Positions 59,396 through 64,000 of a stretch of 64,000 bases of DNA are shown piece after piece (positions within the stretch are counted from its first letter, which is position 1; the number at the start of each line of letters is the position of its first letter). A program made the translations under genes and the position numbers. The DNA lies in NCBI GenBank assembly GCA_951406725.2, contig OX597819.1:23808001-23872000 (forward strand). The letters run 5' to 3'. Below the pieces are notes generated by a model. That model did no database searches, was not told the DNA's origin, and was given only the letters and a program-made list of their open reading frames with translations. This DNA is from Octopus vulgaris. Taxonomy: Eukaryota.

Positions 59396-60303
59396 TATTC
59401 TGTTGTGTCTGGGGAGAGTCATTTTCTTTTTTGTGCCTTATAATTTAACACGAGTCAAGACTATTGAAAAGGTTGCAAGACGCAACGAAAATTTTAAGAA
59501 AATATAAATATGAAATAAGTGGAAATTTTACCGGTGAGTGTGTTAAATTATGAGGCACTAAAAGAAAATGACTCTCCCCAGACACAACAACATTTATAAA
59601 AAAATGAAATGATAAAAGAAAAGTCAGTATACACGATATACACTGAAAAAGAATGGACATATTCATAGTATACAAAGGTCAAAAATAAAAGTTGGCGATG
59701 GGGAGAATAATAGAGATGTAGCCCTGCTGACATAGGATGACCTCTAGGGATAAATAATAAATTATAGGGGAGGGGAATGGTTGCTCATGTCGATCCTAGT
59801 AGATAACTTGTACTTAATTTATCGACTCCGAAAGGAAATGATATATACATGGTATACAATAAAATAGAAAGATAATATACATAGTATACATCAGTTAACA
59901 AAATGATGAAGACGATCTGATCATCCTGAAATAGGAGAACCTCTGGGTACAATTGTGGAACTCCGCCATCCAAGATCTCCCTAAACACCAACGGCAAGTG
60001 ATTTCTTCACTTCCTAATAATGATAATGCTATAAATGATTTCTTTTATTTGCCACCAGCGCGATGGATGAGGGCGTGCTGCAAGGACAACCAAAGTGTGA
60101 GAATTTACATATAAAAAAGTGAAATGTAAGTATGAAGTATACAATATGAGTAAAAAAATATATAAGTAGGCACAGGCGTGGCTGTGTGGTAAGAAGCTTG
60201 TTCCCCAACCACATGGTTCTGGGTTCAATCCCGCCGCGTGTTACCTTCGGCTAAGCCTTGTGAGTAAATTTGATTGACGGAAAATGTAAGAAGCCCGTTA
60301 CCG

Positions 60304-60503
60304 CGTGTGTATCGTTGGCGATTCTTTTCCTCCGTCTTCCCTTCCTTGGACCTTTCCTTTTTCTATGTTTCTGACGAAGAGCTCCGCTCGAAACGTTAAA
60401 TCCTCCTTCTTTCTTTCCTTTCATGAGCGTCCAATATCACTATACTTGTTCCACGTCCTCGCGTTGTTGTGTTTTCTCTTTGTGTTTTCATGTTTGGATT
60501 AAC
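60304..60503 (+). mobile_element. ~200 bp repeat with minimal HHR (60368-60400), nested in a family B SINE (60169-60800)
   Basis: ttt-CTGACGA-a gagc tcc gctc-GAAAC-GTT-aaa; SINE B head lies upstream and its tail downstream. Confidence 0.72.
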
Positions 60504-60585
<82 letters not shown>

Positions 60586-62431
60586 TGTATATGTGTATGT
60601 GTGTGTTGTGTGTGTGTGTGTGTGTGTGTCTGTGTTTGTCCTCCACCACCGCTTGACAACCGGTGTTAGTGTATTTACGTCCCCGATAGAATAAGTACAA
60701 GGCTTAAAAAAAGGGATTTGTGTCGACTGATTTGACTAAAATATTTTCAAGGCGCTGCCCCAGAATGGCTGCAGTCTACCAACAGAGACAAGAGGAAAAG
60801 AAAAGAATCTAAGTATATTCTTGATACAGGAAGACTTCCGTTGCCAATCGTGGAAATTCACCATCCAATGTTCCTTGAACATGAAGAGCAAGAAATCTCT
60901 CCATGTATCGCCTTCCGGCTTACAGGCTTATACTTTGCGTAGTACCATCCACTCTTGCCATTTTTCGTCACTTTCACCTATCTTTCAGTAAAGTCATTCG
61001 AGGACAGCACCAGACGCCCCATTCTCACATTCCTTTTCATGAACAACTTGAAAAGGTTGATGTGGGTTCTACTAAAGAAGAAAGTATCTTCTTCATATCT
61101 TTCAGTCTCGTCAATCACACAACCTTTTTCTCTATAACCACTAGACAGAGGAAAACTACCTTCCTTGTTCGGTTAAAAAAGAGTGACAGGGTAATCATTA
61201 ATATGGATTCAGCCGACAACCAGATCCATCCCAACAAATCATAGTAGCTGTTCGTTATAACTTTGCAAGTTAACTGAACGAGTGCAAAAACTGTTTTGTC
61301 ACTCTACGCGCATTTCAGACAAGCCCGTCTGACGACGCATCCGTGCCTGTAACGTTTATCTCGAGCCGGTGTTCCTCTCTATAGCCCCACCAAGTCAAGG
61401 GATTCTGGAAATTATCCATTGCAGTCACCGATTGAAAAGTCCTCCAGAATACGCCAGCCAATTGGTTTGTTTTCGTCAACGCTCAGAGACAGTCCTGCGA
61501 ATGTTGTCACTCTTTCTCGCTACTAATCCTTTATAGATGGATAGAGTGAAACATCTATCGATACCGTTGCCTGACAGAAGAACTAATCGATTAAATTTTG
61601 ATCAGCATTTTAGTTATCGAGCCCAGAAGAATTAAAAGTAAGTTGATATTGGCGAGATTTGAACTCAGAATGTAAAGAGCAGGAAGAAATAACGCAAAGA
61701 ACTGTGTCCTGCGTTCCAACGATTCTTTTTCTACTCTAGGCACAAGGCCCGAAATTTTTGCGTTCTAACGATTCTGTCAAAATAAAACCGTACCTCAGGT
61801 GAAATAATATCTTCTGTTTATATCGATGAGTAAGTGTGTATACACATTAAACAATGTCTGTGTATGTATGGACGAGGGTCTTATATGTGTGTGGAGGTAA
61901 TTTCATATTTTTGTTTTGATTTGTTTTCTGTACTATTTACAAGCTCTCAGACAAACAACTCAAAACAGATACAAGCAGTCAAATACACACAAAAGAAATG
62001 ATATATTATCTTGTACTTAGTGAATCACAAACACAAACAGCTCACCCGAACAAACAAGCAAACACACACACTCACAAAACTCTCTCTCTCTCACTCTCTC
62101 TACACACACATACATGTATGAACAGACGCCTACATATATGCATATATGTTTGTGTTTATACAGATGTATGCTAATAGATAAATGGATGGCTAGCTAGGTA
62201 GATATATAGATATGCAAGCAGGTTGTAAGTTAAAAAGGAAATCAATGAGTTTTCTGTGGGGAAACCCCTTAAATGCATGGCGGGCAGCGTACTCTGAACA
62301 CGATACCCTTATCACAAAGACCCAAAACAAGGGTTAGAAGTAATCTAATCGGTAGACATACATGTCAGAAAAGCATATCTCAACGTCTAAACTATTTAAA
62401 TACAGCAGAAGGGACGTCACATTGCCAGAGC

Positions 62432-62481
<50 letters not shown>

Positions 62482-62884
62482 ATATTTCGGAATGGTCATA
62501 TATATATATGTGTAAGTACGTAGATATGCTTGTATGTATGAACATGTATGTGTGTAAGTATGTATGCGTGTGCGTGTATGTATATGTTTCTTTGGTTCAC
62601 TGGTTCTCGACAACGGTTATATTTATCGGGTAATCGGGGAAGTCAGAGAAGGGTAATATATTATATTAATGGTTCAAACTAGTACTTATATGTCTCATGC
62701 ATGTCTTATAAAATATATGCATGAATGTGTGTGTGTGTGTGTGTTTGTGTGTGTGCCTCGCGTGTTCAGTCCTATGCAGATATCTGTTTTAATATCAGAG
62801 ACGTGTGGACAGCAACCTGGATTTACTCGCCTTTATATACAAAGCTCTAAGCACCCCGACGAATACATTATCTTTCTCTCTTTC

Positions 62885-62936
<52 letters not shown>

Positions 62937-62968
62937 TATAAATGTTTGTGTGTATATATATGTATATA

Positions 62969-63037
<69 letters not shown>

Positions 63038-64000
63038 ATACATATATATATGTGCGTGTGTGTGCGTGTGTATGTTTGTATGAATGTATGGGGAGAGAGA
63101 GAGAGAAAGACAGCGATAAAGAGAAAGAGAGAGAGGAAGAAGGAAAGTAAGAGAGTGATTATGAGAGTAGTAAATAAATGGACTTCCATCGGTTTGTAGG
63201 TTGATCAGTCAAGTTAGTGTTTTAGTGGTTGAGAGTTCAACATTCACGTTTATCATAAACGTCACGCTCAGTCAGAAACCGTTTGATAGTGTGCCAAGCC
63301 TGGGTCTTTGGCTAACATGTACAAGCTATCTGACGGCCATCCGCACAGTTTTTGTCAACATAACTTTGGTAGCGTGAATTGAGTCGATCTGGGACAATAA
63401 GAGCTTTGTGCAAGTTACCACGCTGTGGGATCGAACCTGCGACTTGTAATCGCAAGGCAAAGATAGCAGCCATTTGAACATGTTGCACACATGTTATGCA
63501 CATATACATATACCCACATCCGTACACACACACTCAGAGACACACACATATATATATGTATATAGGTACACACACACAGATATATATATATGTGTGTGTG
63601 TGTGTAAACATGCGAGTATCTAAGGATATGTACACAGCTATTAAAAATTTAAGCTAGATGAAAATCAATGTAGCAATTCATTGAGCTATATGCAAATACG
63701 TGGCTATAACATGCATATATGTTTGGATATATGAATGACTACATATATGTATGCATGCTTATATACATACACACACACATATTGTCCAACTGATCTATCA
63801 TGCGTATATATAGTCCTCGAAAATCTGCATCTACCAAGCAATGGAATAACCATAGGCTTATTTCTAACAAAGTATAAACTCTACAATATGTATTGAGTAC
63901 TCCTTCTTCTTTCATTTGTAAATATAAGCGTACTTGAGCGAGAGAAGGAGAGGGAGGAAGAAGAAGGAATGAAAGGTAAGAAAGGGGGCTCCAAGACAGA

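Overview
AT-rich, microsatellite-saturated eukaryotic non-coding DNA. The SINE and repeat make-up resembles a cephalopod (Octopus-like) genome, which is an inference. No host protein-coding exon is recognisable, and most ORF-track entries are translated simple repeats. The transposon content is: (i) a 5'-truncated CR1-group LINE (13371-16600, minus); (ii) a decayed Mag-like Gypsy LTR retrotransposon (42959-48685, minus) with both LTRs, PBS, PPT and a GTTTA target-site duplication, a deleted RT, and nested hAT and SINE insertions; (iii) three copies of a non-autonomous Helitron; (iv) Tc1/mariner and R4/Dong-like fragments; (v) many tRNA-derived SINEs with shuffled heads and tails. The most notable signal is about ten type I hammerhead-ribozyme (HHR) motifs from unrelated short non-coding repeat families, mostly inside (TA)n tracts. 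One locus (3611-4939) has partial-tandem plus inverted Penelope/retrozyme-like architecture, and its tandem begins 9 nt after the predicted cleavage site. A tRNA-headed SINE family also carries an HHR-like tail. All folds were paired by eye, and no activity is demonstrated.
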